A DNA stretch of 64,000 bases. Origin: Actinomycetota bacterium (GTDB lineage Bacteria > Actinomycetota > UBA4738 > HRBIN12). The notes beneath the pieces were generated by a model that saw only the letters and a list, made by a program, of their open reading frames with translations, was not told the origin of the DNA and did no database searches. Where the stretch lies: assembly GCA_036281075.1 (NCBI GenBank), contig DASUPO010000091.1:251-64250 (forward strand), written 5' to 3'. Shown one piece after another: positions 9,907 through 22,556 of this stretch. The first letter of the stretch is position 1, and each line of letters opens with the position of its first letter. Position numbers and translations under genes: made by a program.

Positions 9907-11876
9907 TCGCTCCTCGCCGGCATGAACCGCTCGAACCACGCCGTCGTGCGCGTCACGAGGTCGAGGAACGCCGGGAACCTCCGGACCCCGTGGCCCTCGC
10001 CCGGGTAGATCACGACCTCGGAGGGCACGCCGCGGTCCCGGAGGGCGCGGTGGAACTCGATCGCCTGACCCGGCGGGGTGCAGCGATCCTCGGTGCCCGC
10101 GGTCAGGAGCGTCGGCGTCGTCACGCGATCGGCGAAGAACACGGGACTCCGGGCGCGGTAGCGCTCCAGATCTTCCTCGGGGCGAGCGCCGACGAACCAC
10201 GCGTCCCAGGCCCCGATGTTGCTGTTCCAGTGCTGGCTGACGTAGTCCGAGACGGGCGACATCGCGACGGCGGCCTTGAACCGCCGGTCGACCGTCGGGA
10301 GCCAGCACGACATGAAGCCGCCGTAGCTGCCGCCGGTGACGCCGATCCGCTCCGGATCGGCGTCACCCCGCTCGATCAGCGTGTCGACGCCGGCGAGGTC
10401 GTCGCCGGCGTCCGCCCCGCCCATGTCGCCGATCACGGCCTCGATGAAGGCCCGACCCCTTCCCGTGGAGCCCCGGGGGTTCGGCAGCAACACGGCGTAC
10501 CCGCGGGAGACGAGCCACGCCAGGTTCGGTCTCGGGAACCACTCCGTGAAGGACCAGACGGGTCCGCCGTGCACGTTCAGGATCAGCGGGTGCGGACCAT
10601 CGCCGGTCGGCGCGAGGAGGAACCCGTCGATCTCGAGGCCGTCCGGCGCGGTCCAGGTCAGCCGCTCGGCGCGACCGACCAGGCTCCGAGCGTGGTCGTG
10701 TCCCTCGTGCCGGAACGAGGCGACCGTCCGCTCGACGCCGCCCTCGACGAGGGCGACCTCGAGCGGCCGGTCGAACCCCTGCCGCACGAAGACGAACCCG
10801 TCGTCGCCGAGGGGAGCCGCGTACGGCTCCCAGGCGCCGACGGCTTCCTCCGTCGTCCACGACTCCCGTCGATCGCCGGTGCCTGGATCGATCTCACCGA
10901 GCACCGTCGCGCCGCGACGGAGCGCCGCGTACGCGAGCGAGCCGTTCGGTCGCCACCCGACCCAGGTGATGTCGGCGTTCTCGACCTCGACCGTGGTCGC
11001 GCCGGCGGCCGCCTCGACGATCACCGCCCGCCCCGAGACGAGCTGACGATCGCTGCACGGGGCCTCGATCGCGGCGACGAAGCGCCCGTCCGGGGAGCCC
11101 GTCGGGAAGCCGAACTGGACCTCGCTCGTCGCGAGTACGCGGTCCTCGCCGGAGGCCGTGTCGATCAGGACGAGCCGTGCCTCGTACCAGGATGACTCGC
11201 CCGGATCGTTCGACGCGACCGCGACCACCGTCTCGTCACCGCACCAATCCGCCTCCCAGACGTTCAGCCCGTCGCGGCTGAGCCGACGGACCTCGCCCGA
11301 CGAGACCTCCACCACCCAGAGACGCCGCCAGACCAGCGGGTCCTCCCAAGAATCGACCTTCGGGGTCCAGTCGGGCAGGTCCTTCTCTGACTCCAGCGCA
11401 CCCGAGCCCTCGGCGCCTGCGCTGTCGGCGTGGAGCCCGGCCGCGAGGACGAGGATCCGGGAGCCGTCGGGGGACCAGGCGTGGTCCTCGATCGTGCCCT
11501 CGATCGCCGGCATCGCGACCGCCTCCCCGAGCCCATCGACGTCCAGGACGAAGAGCCGCATCCGTCCCTTCTCGGCGCGATCGGAGAGGAACGACAGGCG
11601 AGCGCCGTCCGGGGACCACCGGGCCCCGACGTCGTGCTCCGGTCCGCTCGTGATCGTCCGATGCCCGCCGCCGTCGGCCTCGGCGAGGCAGATCCGGGTC
11701 TTCGGGGTGCCCTCGAGCTTCTCCCAGAGCGACCCGGTGAACGCGATCCGACGACCGTCGGGAGAGGGCCGGGGATCCGACGGCTCGGAGATCTTCCCGA
11801 AGCCCGGCTCGAAGGTCTTCCGGAAGTGCTCCTCGACCTCCCGGTACAGCGGCGTCTCGCGGAGGTCCCGGTCCAT
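9903..11876 (-). CDS. S9 family serine peptidase (prolyl oligopeptidase / acylaminoacyl peptidase type)
   Basis: N-terminal beta-propeller repeats (WSPDG motifs). C-terminal alpha/beta hydrolase with nucleophile motif GGSYGG and His context GEGHGV. ATG at 11876 ([11 protein letters not shown]). Confidence 0.85.
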   Translation of the reverse strand: MDRDLRETPLYREVEEHFRKTFEPGFGKISEPSDPRPSPDGRRIAFTGSLWEKLEGTPKTRICLAEADGGGHRTITSGPEHDVGARWSPDGARLSFLSDRAEKGRMRLFVLDVDGLGEAVAMPAIEGTIEDHAWSPDGSRILVLAAGLHADSAGAEGSGALESEKDLPDWTPKVDSWEDPLVWRRLWVVEVSSGEVRRLSRDGLNVWEADWCGDETVVAVASNDPGESSWYEARLVLIDTASGEDRVLATSEVQFGFPTGSPDGRFVAAIEAPCSDRQLVSGRAVIVEAAAGATTVEVENADITWVGWRPNGSLAYAALRRGATVLGEIDPGTGDRRESWTTEEAVGAWEPYAAPLGDDGFVFVRQGFDRPLEVALVEGGVERTVASFRHEGHDHARSLVGRAERLTWTAPDGLEIDGFLLAPTGDGPHPLILNVHGGPVWSFTEWFPRPNLAWLVSRGYAVLLPNPRGSTGRGRAFIEAVIGDMGGADAGDDLAGVDTLIERGDADPERIGVTGGSYGGFMSCWLPTVDRRFKAAVAMSPVSDYVSQHWNSNIGAWDAWFVGARPEEDLERYRARSPVFFADRVTTPTLLTAGTEDRCTPPGQAIEFHRALRDRGVPSEVVIYPGEGHGVRRFPAFLDLVTRTTAWFERFMPARSE

Positions 11877-11942
11877 GGGGCAAGAGGATACGGGCCGTCG
11901 TGGGCGCCGGCCCGGGACGTCGGGTCGGGGGCCGGACCGGCC

Positions 11943-11965
11943 GTGTCGCGGCCCGCCGGTACACT
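11943..11965 (+). promoter_or_regulatory. RecA-NDp-like (PafBC-type) promoter of uvrA
   Basis: gTGTCGcgg, then an 8-nt spacer (cccgccgg), then TACACT. The GTG at 11973 is 7 nt after the -10 box, implying a leaderless transcript. Confidence 0.45.
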
Positions 11966-11972
11966 CGGCTCC

Positions 11973-14828
11973 GTGGGCTCCGAGCGTCTCGTCATCCACG
12001 GCGCCCGTGAACACAACCTCAAGAACGTCACGCTGGACCTGCCGCGCGACAAGCTGATCGTGTTCACGGGCCTGTCAGGCTCCGGCAAGTCCTCCCTCGC
12101 GTTCGACACGATCTACGCCGAGGGCCAGCGACGGTACGTGGAGTCGCTTTCGTCGTACGCCCGACAGTTCCTCGGCCAGATGGAGAAACCGGACGTCGAC
12201 TTCATCGAGGGCCTGTCACCCGCGATCTCGATCGACCAGAAGTCCACGTCCCGGAACCCACGGTCCACCGTGGGAACGATCACCGAGGTCTACGACTACC
12301 TCCGGGTCCTGTTCGCCCGGATCGGGCACCCGCATTGCTACAACTGCGGCCGCCCCATCGGTCGCCAGACGCCGGACCAGATCGTGGACCAGGTGCTCCA
12401 GCTCCCGGAGGGGACCCGGTTCCAGGTCCTGGCGCCGATCGTCCGCGGCCGCAAGGGCGAGTACGAGAAGCTCCTCCAGGAGCTCGGTCGCAAGGGATTC
12501 CCGCGTGCGCGCATCGACGGCGAGGTCCGCGACCTCTCGGAGTCGATCCGGCTGCCCAAGAACTACAAGCACACGATCGAGGTCGTCGTGGACCGGCTCG
12601 TGGCCAAGCAGGGGATCCGCCGCCGGGTCGCCGACAGCATCGAGACGGCGCTCGAGCTCGCCGAGGGGATCGCCTCGATCGCCGTGACGACGCACGAGGG
12701 CCACGAGGAGCTCCAGACGTTCTCCGAGAAGCTCGCGTGCACGAACTGCGGGTTGTCGTTCGACGAGCTCGCGCCGCGGAACTTCTCCTTCAACTCACCC
12801 TACGGGGCGTGTCCGACGTGCGACGGGCTCGGCAGCCGGCTCGAGGTGGACGCCGAGCTCGTCGTGCCGGACCCGACGCTCTCGATCAACGAGGGCGCGC
12901 TGGCGCCCTGGGCGAGCAACACCCTCGAGTACTGGTACCGGGTCCTCGAGGCCGTCGGCGACGTCCACGGCTACTCGCTCGAGACGCCGTGGAGGAAGCT
13001 CTCGAGGAAGGCGCGCGACGTCGTGCTGTACGGCTCGGACGAGGAGATCTACGTCCGGTACAAGAACCGGTACGGACGCCAGCGCGCGTACTACACCACC
13101 TACGAGGGAGTGATCCCCAACCTCGAGCGCCGGTACCAGGAGACGGACTCGGACGCGGCCCGCGAGAAGATGGAGCAGTTCATGCGCGAGACGCCCTGTC
13201 GCGCGTGCAAGGGGGCGCGCCTGCGTCCCGAGACCCTCGCGGTGACCATCGGCGGCCTGCACATCTCTCAGCTCACGGGCCTGTCGATCCGCGCGACCCT
13301 CGACATGCTGGAGACGCTCGAGCTCTCCGAGCGCGAGGAGATGATCGCCGAACGGCTCCTGAAGGAGATCCGGTCGCGGCTCGGGTTCCTCGTCGACGTC
13401 GGGCTCGACTACCTGACGCTGTCACGCGCGGCCGGGACGCTCGCCGGCGGCGAGGCACAGCGGATCCGTCTGGCCACCCAGATCGGTTCCGGCCTCGTGG
13501 GCGTGCTGTACATCCTGGACGAGCCGTCGATCGGGCTCCACCAGCGGGACAATCGCCGCCTCCTCGACACGCTGACCCGGCTCCGCGACCTCGGCAACAC
13601 CTTGATCGTGGTCGAGCACGACGAAGCCACGATCATCGAGGCCGACCACATCGTGGACATCGGGCCGGGGGCAGGGGAGCACGGCGGCCGCATCGTGTAC
13701 GCGGGGGACCTGAAGGGCCTGCTGGGCTCCGACGAGTCGCTCACCGGCGCCTACCTCTCGGGACGCCGGGCGATCCCGCCGCCCACGTCACGACGAAAGC
13801 CGGATCGATGGCTCCGCCTCGAAGGTGTGCGGCAGCACAACCTGAAGGACGTCACGGTCCGGATCCCGCTCGGCCTGTTCGTGTGCGTGACGGGCGTGAG
13901 CGGGAGTGGCAAGTCCACCCTCGTCCAGGACGTGCTGCTGCGCGCCCTGATGCAGAAGGTCTACCGCTCGCGGGTGTTGCCGGGCAAGCACCGCCGGATG
14001 GTCGGCTGGGAGCTCGTTGACAAGGTGATCGACATCGACCAGTCGCCGATCGGCCGCACGCCGCGATCCAACCCCGCCACGTACACCGGGGTCTTCGATC
14101 ACGTCCGCAAGCTCTACGCGCAGGTGCCGGAGGCGAGGGTACGCGGCTACCAGCCCGGCCGCTTCTCGTTCAACGTCCGGGGCGGACGCTGCGAGAACTG
14201 CGCCGGGGACGGCCAGATCAAGATCGAGATGCACTTCCTGCCCGACGTGTACGTGACCTGCGAGGTGTGCAAGGGCCGCCGGTACAACCGCGAGACCCTG
14301 GAGGTGAAGTACAAGGGTCGCACGATCTCCGACGTCCTCGAGATGAGCGTGGACGAGGCCCTGGAGTTCTTCCAGAACATCCCGCCGATCAAGCGGCACA
14401 TGCAGACGCTCTCCGACGTCGGGCTCGGCTACATCAAGTTGGGGCAGCCGGCGCCCACGCTCTCGGGCGGCGAGGCCCAGCGGATCAAGCTGTCGAGCGA
14501 GCTCCACAAGCGAGCGACCGGCAACACGGTCTACATCCTGGACGAACCCACCACCGGCCTCCACTTCGAGGACATCCGTAAGCTCCTCGGGGTCCTGCAG
14601 CAGCTCGTGGAGACGGGGAACACGGTCCTGGTGATCGAGCACAACCTCGACGTGGTGAAGACGGCCGACTGGTTGATCGACCTCGGCCCCGAGGGAGGCG
14701 ACCAGGGCGGTCGGGTCGTGGCGGAGGGCCCGCCGGAGGTCGTCGCCGCCGACCCGCATTCGCACACGGGTCGGTTCCTGGAGGAGGTTCTCGGCGTCCT
14801 GCCGATCGGGGCCGGCGCGACCGCGTGA
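11973..14828 (+). CDS. uvrA: Excinuclease ABC subunit A
   Basis: Two ABC modules (GLSGSGKSS and GVSGSGKST; two LSGGEAQRI signatures) and CxxC zinc modules. 951 aa from the GTG at 11973. The upstream part of the 1132-aa track ORF is not UvrA-like. Confidence 0.97.
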   Translation: MGSERLVIHGAREHNLKNVTLDLPRDKLIVFTGLSGSGKSSLAFDTIYAEGQRRYVESLSSYARQFLGQMEKPDVDFIEGLSPAISIDQKSTSRNPRSTVGTITEVYDYLRVLFARIGHPHCYNCGRPIGRQTPDQIVDQVLQLPEGTRFQVLAPIVRGRKGEYEKLLQELGRKGFPRARIDGEVRDLSESIRLPKNYKHTIEVVVDRLVAKQGIRRRVADSIETALELAEGIASIAVTTHEGHEELQTFSEKLACTNCGLSFDELAPRNFSFNSPYGACPTCDGLGSRLEVDAELVVPDPTLSINEGALAPWASNTLEYWYRVLEAVGDVHGYSLETPWRKLSRKARDVVLYGSDEEIYVRYKNRYGRQRAYYTTYEGVIPNLERRYQETDSDAAREKMEQFMRETPCRACKGARLRPETLAVTIGGLHISQLTGLSIRATLDMLETLELSEREEMIAERLLKEIRSRLGFLVDVGLDYLTLSRAAGTLAGGEAQRIRLATQIGSGLVGVLYILDEPSIGLHQRDNRRLLDTLTRLRDLGNTLIVVEHDEATIIEADHIVDIGPGAGEHGGRIVYAGDLKGLLGSDESLTGAYLSGRRAIPPPTSRRKPDRWLRLEGVRQHNLKDVTVRIPLGLFVCVTGVSGSGKSTLVQDVLLRALMQKVYRSRVLPGKHRRMVGWELVDKVIDIDQSPIGRTPRSNPATYTGVFDHVRKLYAQVPEARVRGYQPGRFSFNVRGGRCENCAGDGQIKIEMHFLPDVYVTCEVCKGRRYNRETLEVKYKGRTISDVLEMSVDEALEFFQNIPPIKRHMQTLSDVGLGYIKLGQPAPTLSGGEAQRIKLSSELHKRATGNTVYILDEPTTGLHFEDIRKLLGVLQQLVETGNTVLVIEHNLDVVKTADWLIDLGPEGGDQGGRVVAEGPPEVVAADPHSHTGRFLEEVLGVLPIGAGATA

Positions 14829-14849
14829 GTCGGCCCGGTTCGTCGTCGG

Positions 14850-16526
14850 ATGCTTGCTAGGATTCGCCCCGTCGTGACCAGCCGATCCGCCACGTCCACG
14901 CGTCCCGCGGCCCGCGGACGGCTGGCGGTCGTCGCAGCGATCGCGATCGCCGCGGCGGCGTGCAGCAGCATCCCGACCCCCGAGGTCCAGCAACCGGAGG
15001 GCCGCCAGTTCATCCAGATGGTCCCGGACTCGATCGACGACGTCGGCCTCGCGCCGTCCGTGGCGATCGACGGGGAGGGTCTGCCCACGATCTCCTACTT
15101 CGGGTTCACCGCCTCGCTCGAGGAGGGCGAGATCCCGCAGGCGCGCCCCGTGGGGTCCCCGTTCCTGCAGACCGAGGACGGGGAAGACGCGGGCGCGGTG
15201 CTCCTCGCGAGCCTGAGCCCGTCGCAGATCTGGAATCGCGGGGCCGTGGCGCAACCGCGGGAAACCCCGGCGGGCCTCACGATCCCCTTCGGGCCGGCCA
15301 CGGACCCGTCGCTCGCATCCCTCACGCCCCCGCGGGCCAAGGGCACGGACCTCGAGATCGCGGGCACGGACATCCACGCCGCCTGGGCCGTCGACACGGG
15401 GGTCTGGTACGGCGCCGGTCCGGACTTCGAGATCGGCCCGGTCGAGGAGACGCCCGAGGCGGGCGCGCCGTCGATCGTGGTCGACGGCGCGGGCGCGCCG
15501 CTCGTGGCGTACACGACCGCCGGGGCGCCGCCGGAGGTCCGGGTGGCCGAGCGCGTGGACGACCGGTGGGAGATCACCTCGGTCGCGACGCTGTCGTCCT
15601 GCGGCGAGGGCTGTCCACCGGCGACGTCGATGGCCCTGGTGGGCGACGCGCCGCACGTGGTCGTGGCCGACCCGGGCTCGGGGGACCTGATCGCCGCCCG
15701 GCGCGAGGGTGGCTCGTGGACGACCGAGGTCGTCTCCTCCGACGCGACCGGGGGAGCGGCGCTCGCGGCGTCGGGTGACACCGCCGTCATCTCGTTCGCG
15801 ACCGAGAGCGGCGTCTCGATCGCGACGGGATCGTTCGGGTCGTGGGTGGTCGAGGAGGTGGCGCCGGCGTCCGGAGTCGTCTCGACGGCCGTCGCCGTGG
15901 ACGGCGAGGGCACCACGTCGGTCGCGTGGGAGGACGGGGAGGGCGTGCACTTGGCGCCGGCCGCCGACGACGGCTTCCAGGAGGTCGAGGCGTCGGGGAC
16001 CGAGGGCGGCGTGTGGCCGTCGCTGGCCGTCACCGAGGACGGCACGTCGGTCTTCCTCGCGTGGTACGACCCCGAGAGCGGCGACCTCCGACTCGGCGCG
16101 TACACGGAGGTCCAGGATCTCCTGGTCGCGGCGCAGAGCCCTCCGCCGGAGGTCGCCGCCGCACCCCCCGCCGAGGGATGCGGAGAGGACGGCCGACCGA
16201 TCCTCGAGATCGTCGCTCAGGGCACGGCATTCGACACGAACTGCCTCGTGGCGCCCGCGGCGGAACCGTTCACGATCACGTTCGACAACCAGGATCAGGG
16301 CCTCCCTCATAACGTTGCGATCTATACGGACAGCAGCGCTGCGGACTCCCTGTTCGTAGGCGAGACGTTCCCCGGGGTCGCCGAGCGTGAGTACGAGGTA
16401 GAGCCGCAAGACGCGGGGGACTATTTCTTCAGATGCGACGTCCATCCTGACCAGATGACCGGAACCTTCGTCGTCGTGGAGGGCGGCGGCGGTGGGAACG
16501 GCGGAGGCGGGGGCGGGGGCGGCTAG
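14850..16526 (+). CDS. Lipoprotein with N-terminal beta-propeller-like repeats and a C-terminal type-1 copper (cupredoxin) domain
   Basis: Lipobox-like IAAAAC. Six to seven repeats of a strand pattern (for example PSVAIDGEGLPTISYF, APSIVVDGAGAPLVAYT). The C-terminal domain has His/Cys/His/Met ligand spacing (PHNVAIY ... FFRCDVHPDQM). Ends in GGGGGNGGGGGGGG. The start is uncertain (ATG 14850 or GTG 14874). Confidence 0.7.
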   Translation: MLARIRPVVTSRSATSTRPAARGRLAVVAAIAIAAAACSSIPTPEVQQPEGRQFIQMVPDSIDDVGLAPSVAIDGEGLPTISYFGFTASLEEGEIPQARPVGSPFLQTEDGEDAGAVLLASLSPSQIWNRGAVAQPRETPAGLTIPFGPATDPSLASLTPPRAKGTDLEIAGTDIHAAWAVDTGVWYGAGPDFEIGPVEETPEAGAPSIVVDGAGAPLVAYTTAGAPPEVRVAERVDDRWEITSVATLSSCGEGCPPATSMALVGDAPHVVVADPGSGDLIAARREGGSWTTEVVSSDATGGAALAASGDTAVISFATESGVSIATGSFGSWVVEEVAPASGVVSTAVAVDGEGTTSVAWEDGEGVHLAPAADDGFQEVEASGTEGGVWPSLAVTEDGTSVFLAWYDPESGDLRLGAYTEVQDLLVAAQSPPPEVAAAPPAEGCGEDGRPILEIVAQGTAFDTNCLVAPAAEPFTITFDNQDQGLPHNVAIYTDSSAADSLFVGETFPGVAEREYEVEPQDAGDYFFRCDVHPDQMTGTFVVVEGGGGGNGGGGGGGG

Positions 16527-16580
16527 CCGCGAGACGCCGGTGTTCCCGGTCGCATCACCCGCCGGCGCTACGATGCCCAT

Positions 16581-18458
16581 GTGACGTTCAGCAAGCCGGC
16601 ATCGTCCACGATCCCGGACGCTCCCGGCGCCTACCTGTTCCGGGACGCGGACGGACGGGTCGTCTACGTCGGGAAGGCGGGTTCCCTCCGGAAGCGTCTG
16701 GCCAGCTACTGGTCCCGGCCGCTGCATCCTCGGACCCAGGCGATGGTCGACGCCGCCGAGGCGGTCGAGTGGATCGTCGCGTCCGGCGAGGTCGACGCGC
16801 TGATGCTGGAGTTCAACCTGATCCAGCAGCATCGGCCGCGGTTCAACATCCGTTACCGTGACGACAAGTCCTACCCCTACCTCGCGCTCACCGTCGGCGA
16901 GACCTGGCCCCGGGCGCAGGTGTTGAGGGGGACGAAGCGGAAGAAGGTGCGCTACTTCGGTCCCTACGGGCACGCCTGGGCGATCCGGGACACGCTCGAC
17001 GCCCTCACCCGCGTCTTCCCGGTCCGGACCTGCACGAACCACTTCTTCGACCAGCGCGCCCGAGCCGGCCGGCCCTGCCTGTACTACGACATCGGCCGCT
17101 GCTCCGGACCGTGCGTGCCCTCGGCGACCGGGATCACCGAGGACGCCTACCGGCGCGACGTGGACGCGCTCGGGGACTTCCTCGCGGGCAACTCGAAGCC
17201 CGTGCTGGCACGGCTCTCGCGGCAGATGGAGGACTCGTCCGAGCGCGAGGAATACGAACAGGCGGCCCGGTTCCGCGACCAGCTCCAGGCGGCCCGCCGG
17301 GCGTTGGAGAGTCAGGAGATGGTGCTGGTCCGGCCGGAGGACCTCGACGTGGTCGGTCTGGCGGAGGACGACCTCGAGGCCGCTTTCCAGGTGTTCACGG
17401 TCCGCGGCGGACGGGTCCTCGGGCGGAAGGGATGGGTGGTCGATCGGGTCGAGGACCTCGACCGCCCCGAGCTCATGGCGTCCTTCCTCCGCCAGGTCTA
17501 CATGGAACGCGAGGACGTGCCGCCCCGGATCCTCGTGCCGACCGAGCCCACGGACCGAGCCGTGCTCGAGGCCTGGCTGTCCGGACGTCGCGGGTCCTCG
17601 GTCACGATCGCGGTGCCGGCGCGCGGCGCCAAGCGCAAGCTGATGGAGGTCGTGGGCGACAACGCGGTCGAGGCGTTCCATCGGCACAAGCTCCGGCGGG
17701 CGTCGGACTTCGGCGCTCGGTCGCGGGCACTCGCGGAGCTCGCGGAGCAGCTCGGGCTCGAACAGGCGCCGCTCCGGATCGAGTGCTACGACATCTCCAA
17801 CCTGGGGCCGACCGACACGGTCGGCTCCATGGTCGTGTTCGAGGATGGTCTCCCGAAGCGATCCGACTACCGCCGGTTCGAGATCAGGGGCGTGGCCGGA
17901 CAGGACGACGTCGCGAGCATGGAGGAGATGCTCACGCGCCGGTTCACGCGGCTGGTGAGGGAGCGGGACGAGCCGAAGCCGGGACGCCGGCGGTTCTCCT
18001 ACCCGCCCGCGCTCGTCGTCGTGGACGGCGGGCGCGGGCAGCTCGGCGTCGCCTCGCGGGTCCTCGAGGACCTCGGCCTGCACATCCCACACGTGGGCCT
18101 GGCGAAGCGGCTGGAAGAGGTGTACTTCCCGGACCGACCGGACCCCCTGTTGGTCCCGAGGGGATCGGAGGCCCTGTTCGTCCTGCAGCACCTCCGGGAC
18201 GAGGCCCACCGGTTCGCGATCACCTACCACCGGCAGCGACGCGAGCGGCGCGCGCTCGCGTCGCCGCTCGACGAGATCCCGGGCGTCGGCCCGTCCCGGA
18301 AGCGCGCGCTGATGAAGCGCTTCGGTTCGCTCGCGAAGATCCGCCAGGCCGACCCGGCCGCGCTGGCGGCCACGCCCGGCGTCGGACCGCGGATGGCGAA
18401 CGAGATCCATCGACGGCTGCACGACGTCGTCCCCGGCGAGCGGCGGGAGAGCGCGTGA
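16581..18458 (+). CDS. uvrC: Excinuclease ABC subunit C
   Basis: GIY-YIG domain (GAYLFRDADGRVVYVGKA), UVR domain (EYEQAARFRDQL), endonuclease domain, C-terminal HhH pair (IPGVGPSRKRALMKRFGS). GTG start is 6 nt after TACGAT. Confidence 0.95.
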   Translation: MTFSKPASSTIPDAPGAYLFRDADGRVVYVGKAGSLRKRLASYWSRPLHPRTQAMVDAAEAVEWIVASGEVDALMLEFNLIQQHRPRFNIRYRDDKSYPYLALTVGETWPRAQVLRGTKRKKVRYFGPYGHAWAIRDTLDALTRVFPVRTCTNHFFDQRARAGRPCLYYDIGRCSGPCVPSATGITEDAYRRDVDALGDFLAGNSKPVLARLSRQMEDSSEREEYEQAARFRDQLQAARRALESQEMVLVRPEDLDVVGLAEDDLEAAFQVFTVRGGRVLGRKGWVVDRVEDLDRPELMASFLRQVYMEREDVPPRILVPTEPTDRAVLEAWLSGRRGSSVTIAVPARGAKRKLMEVVGDNAVEAFHRHKLRRASDFGARSRALAELAEQLGLEQAPLRIECYDISNLGPTDTVGSMVVFEDGLPKRSDYRRFEIRGVAGQDDVASMEEMLTRRFTRLVRERDEPKPGRRRFSYPPALVVVDGGRGQLGVASRVLEDLGLHIPHVGLAKRLEEVYFPDRPDPLLVPRGSEALFVLQHLRDEAHRFAITYHRQRRERRALASPLDEIPGVGPSRKRALMKRFGSLAKIRQADPAALAATPGVGPRMANEIHRRLHDVVPGERRESA

Positions 18459-19357
18459 TGGCCCGAGCCGCGCGCCGCCCGGATCCGGAGACCGCCCCCG
18501 CGCCCGGGTTCCTGTTGATCACCGGTCTGTCGGGCGCGGGGCGGTCCGAGGCCGCCCGCAGCCTCGAGGACCTCGGCTACTTCGTGGTCGACAACCTGCC
18601 GCCGGCCCTGCTGCCCAAGATGGCGGAGCTCGCGGCGAGCCCGGGCGGGCCACGGAAGGTGGCGATCGTGGTGGACGCTCGGGGCGGCGTGTTCTTCGGC
18701 GAGCTCGCCAGAGCGCTCGAGGAGCTACGCGAGCGGCGCGTCCCGTCGACGATCCTGTTCCTGGACGCGTCCAACGACGACCTGGTGAACCGGTACGAGG
18801 CCACCCGCCGGCGCCACCCGCTCGCGCCCGCGGACCGGGTGGGGGAGGGGATCCGGAAGGAGCGGCTGATGATGGAGAGCCTCCGCGCGGACGCCGACCT
18901 CGTGATCGACACGACCGGCCTCACCCCCCACGACCTCCGCGACCGGATCCGGGAGGGGTTCGCCGAGTCGCCGCCGGAGGCCGGTCTGCTCGTGTCGATC
19001 GTGTCCTTCGGGTTCAAGCTCGGCAGTCCCCGCGACGCGGACCTCGTCCTCGATGTCCGCTTCCTGCCCAACCCGCACTGGGTCGACGAGTTGCGACCCC
19101 TCCCGGGCACGAACGAGAAGGTGCGGGAGTACGTGGAAGGACAGGAGGAGTACGGCGCGTTCATGGACCGGTTGGGATTGCTGCTCGACGTGGTCGTCCC
19201 CGGCTACGTCGACGAGGGCAAGTCCTACCTGACGGTGGCGGTGGGATGCACCGGCGGCCGCCACCGGTCGGTCGTCGTCGCCGAGGACCTCGCCGACTAC
19301 TTCCGGGAGCATGGGCACCGCGTGTCCGTGACCCACCGCGACGTGGACCGCGACTGA
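18458..19357 (+). CDS. rapZ: RNase adapter / nucleotide-binding protein RapZ (YvcJ family)
   Basis: Walker A GLSGAGRS near the N-terminus and a C-terminal GCTGGRHRS motif. The start overlaps the uvrC stop (GTGATG). Confidence 0.9.
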   Translation: MARAARRPDPETAPAPGFLLITGLSGAGRSEAARSLEDLGYFVVDNLPPALLPKMAELAASPGGPRKVAIVVDARGGVFFGELARALEELRERRVPSTILFLDASNDDLVNRYEATRRRHPLAPADRVGEGIRKERLMMESLRADADLVIDTTGLTPHDLRDRIREGFAESPPEAGLLVSIVSFGFKLGSPRDADLVLDVRFLPNPHWVDELRPLPGTNEKVREYVEGQEEYGAFMDRLGLLLDVVVPGYVDEGKSYLTVAVGCTGGRHRSVVVAEDLADYFREHGHRVSVTHRDVDRD

Positions 19358-19424
19358 AGCGGCTCGGACGAGCGCGTCGCTCTCACCCTCACCCCGTGGG
19401 GCAGCCGCGGAGACCCGCCCGTAG

Positions 19425-21676
<2,252 letters not shown>

Positions 21677-21678
21677 CC

Positions 21679-22449
21679 GTGGCGGACCGGACGCCGATCG
21701 TGGCGGCCAACTGGAAGATGCACAAGACCCACCTCGAGGCGATCCAGTCCATCCAGAAGCTCTCCTACCTCGTCGACCGGACCGACGCGGACCGCGTCGA
21801 GATGGTGATCTGCCCGCCATTCACCGCCCTGCGCTCCGTCCAGACGCTGATCGACTCCGACCGGCTGCCGTTCGCGCTCGGGGCGCAGGACGTCCATCCC
21901 GAGGACGAGGGCGCGTTCACCGGGGAGGTCTCGGGCCCGATGCTGGCGGCGCTCGACGTCGCCTACGTGATCGTCGGGCATTCGGAGCGGCGACAGCTCG
22001 CCGGCGAGGACGACGGCGTGGTCAACCGGAAGGTGCAGGCGGTCTTCCGGCACGACATGACGCCGATCGTCTGCGTCGGGGAGACGCTGGAGGAGCGCGA
22101 GGCGGGCGGCACGGAGACGAAGGTCGCCGAACAGGTCCGCTGTGCGTTCGAGGGTATCGACGCCGAGCGGACGGCCCACGCCGTGATCGCCTACGAGCCG
22201 ATCTGGGCGATCGGCACGGGCCGCAACGCCGAGCCGACCGACGCCGGGCAGGTGGTGGAGCTGATCCGGGCAACGCTCGCGGACCGCGTCGGCGGCGAAG
22301 CCGCCGACGCGGTCCGCGTCCAGTACGGCGGCAGCGTGAAGCCCGGGAACATCCGGGAGTTCATGGCCCATCCGGAGATCGACGGCGCGCTCGTCGGCGG
22401 CGCCAGCCTCGACCCGGAGGCGTTCGCCCTGATCGTGAAGTATCGCTGA
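21679..22449 (+). CDS. tpiA: Triose-phosphate isomerase
   Basis: Motifs AANWKMHK, GHSERR, AYEPIWAIGTG, YGGSV. GTG at 21679. Confidence 0.95.
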   Translation: MADRTPIVAANWKMHKTHLEAIQSIQKLSYLVDRTDADRVEMVICPPFTALRSVQTLIDSDRLPFALGAQDVHPEDEGAFTGEVSGPMLAALDVAYVIVGHSERRQLAGEDDGVVNRKVQAVFRHDMTPIVCVGETLEEREAGGTETKVAEQVRCAFEGIDAERTAHAVIAYEPIWAIGTGRNAEPTDAGQVVELIRATLADRVGGEAADAVRVQYGGSVKPGNIREFMAHPEIDGALVGGASLDPEAFALIVKYR

Positions 22450-22556
22450 CCAGGCGCTTTCGCTTCCTTGCCCCTGAAAGATGCTGCGGCGGTGCCGCTC
22501 CGGCGGCTACCGGATTGCGAGTCCCCAGCTACCTCATCTAGTATCCCGATCCTGGC

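Noticed and set aside
11877-11972. LexA SOS box (TCGAAC-N4-GTTCGA) near uvrA, uvrB and uvrC
   Set aside because: By-eye scanning of the three upstream regions found no such palindrome. TCGAAC half-sites seen elsewhere (for example 37190 and 61370) have no inverted partner.
16478-16523. G-rich tract that could form a G-quadruplex
   Set aside because: It is in frame and encodes the poly-Gly C-terminus of the cupredoxin lipoprotein. Nothing suggests a separate DNA-level function.
13788-18422. 1544-aa minus-strand ORF, the longest in the window
   Set aside because: It is antisense to the 3' end of uvrA, the cupredoxin lipoprotein gene and uvrC, all of which have unmistakable motifs. Its translation is Arg/Pro/Gly/Asp-rich low complexity. 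Long stop-free shadow frames are expected at this GC content.
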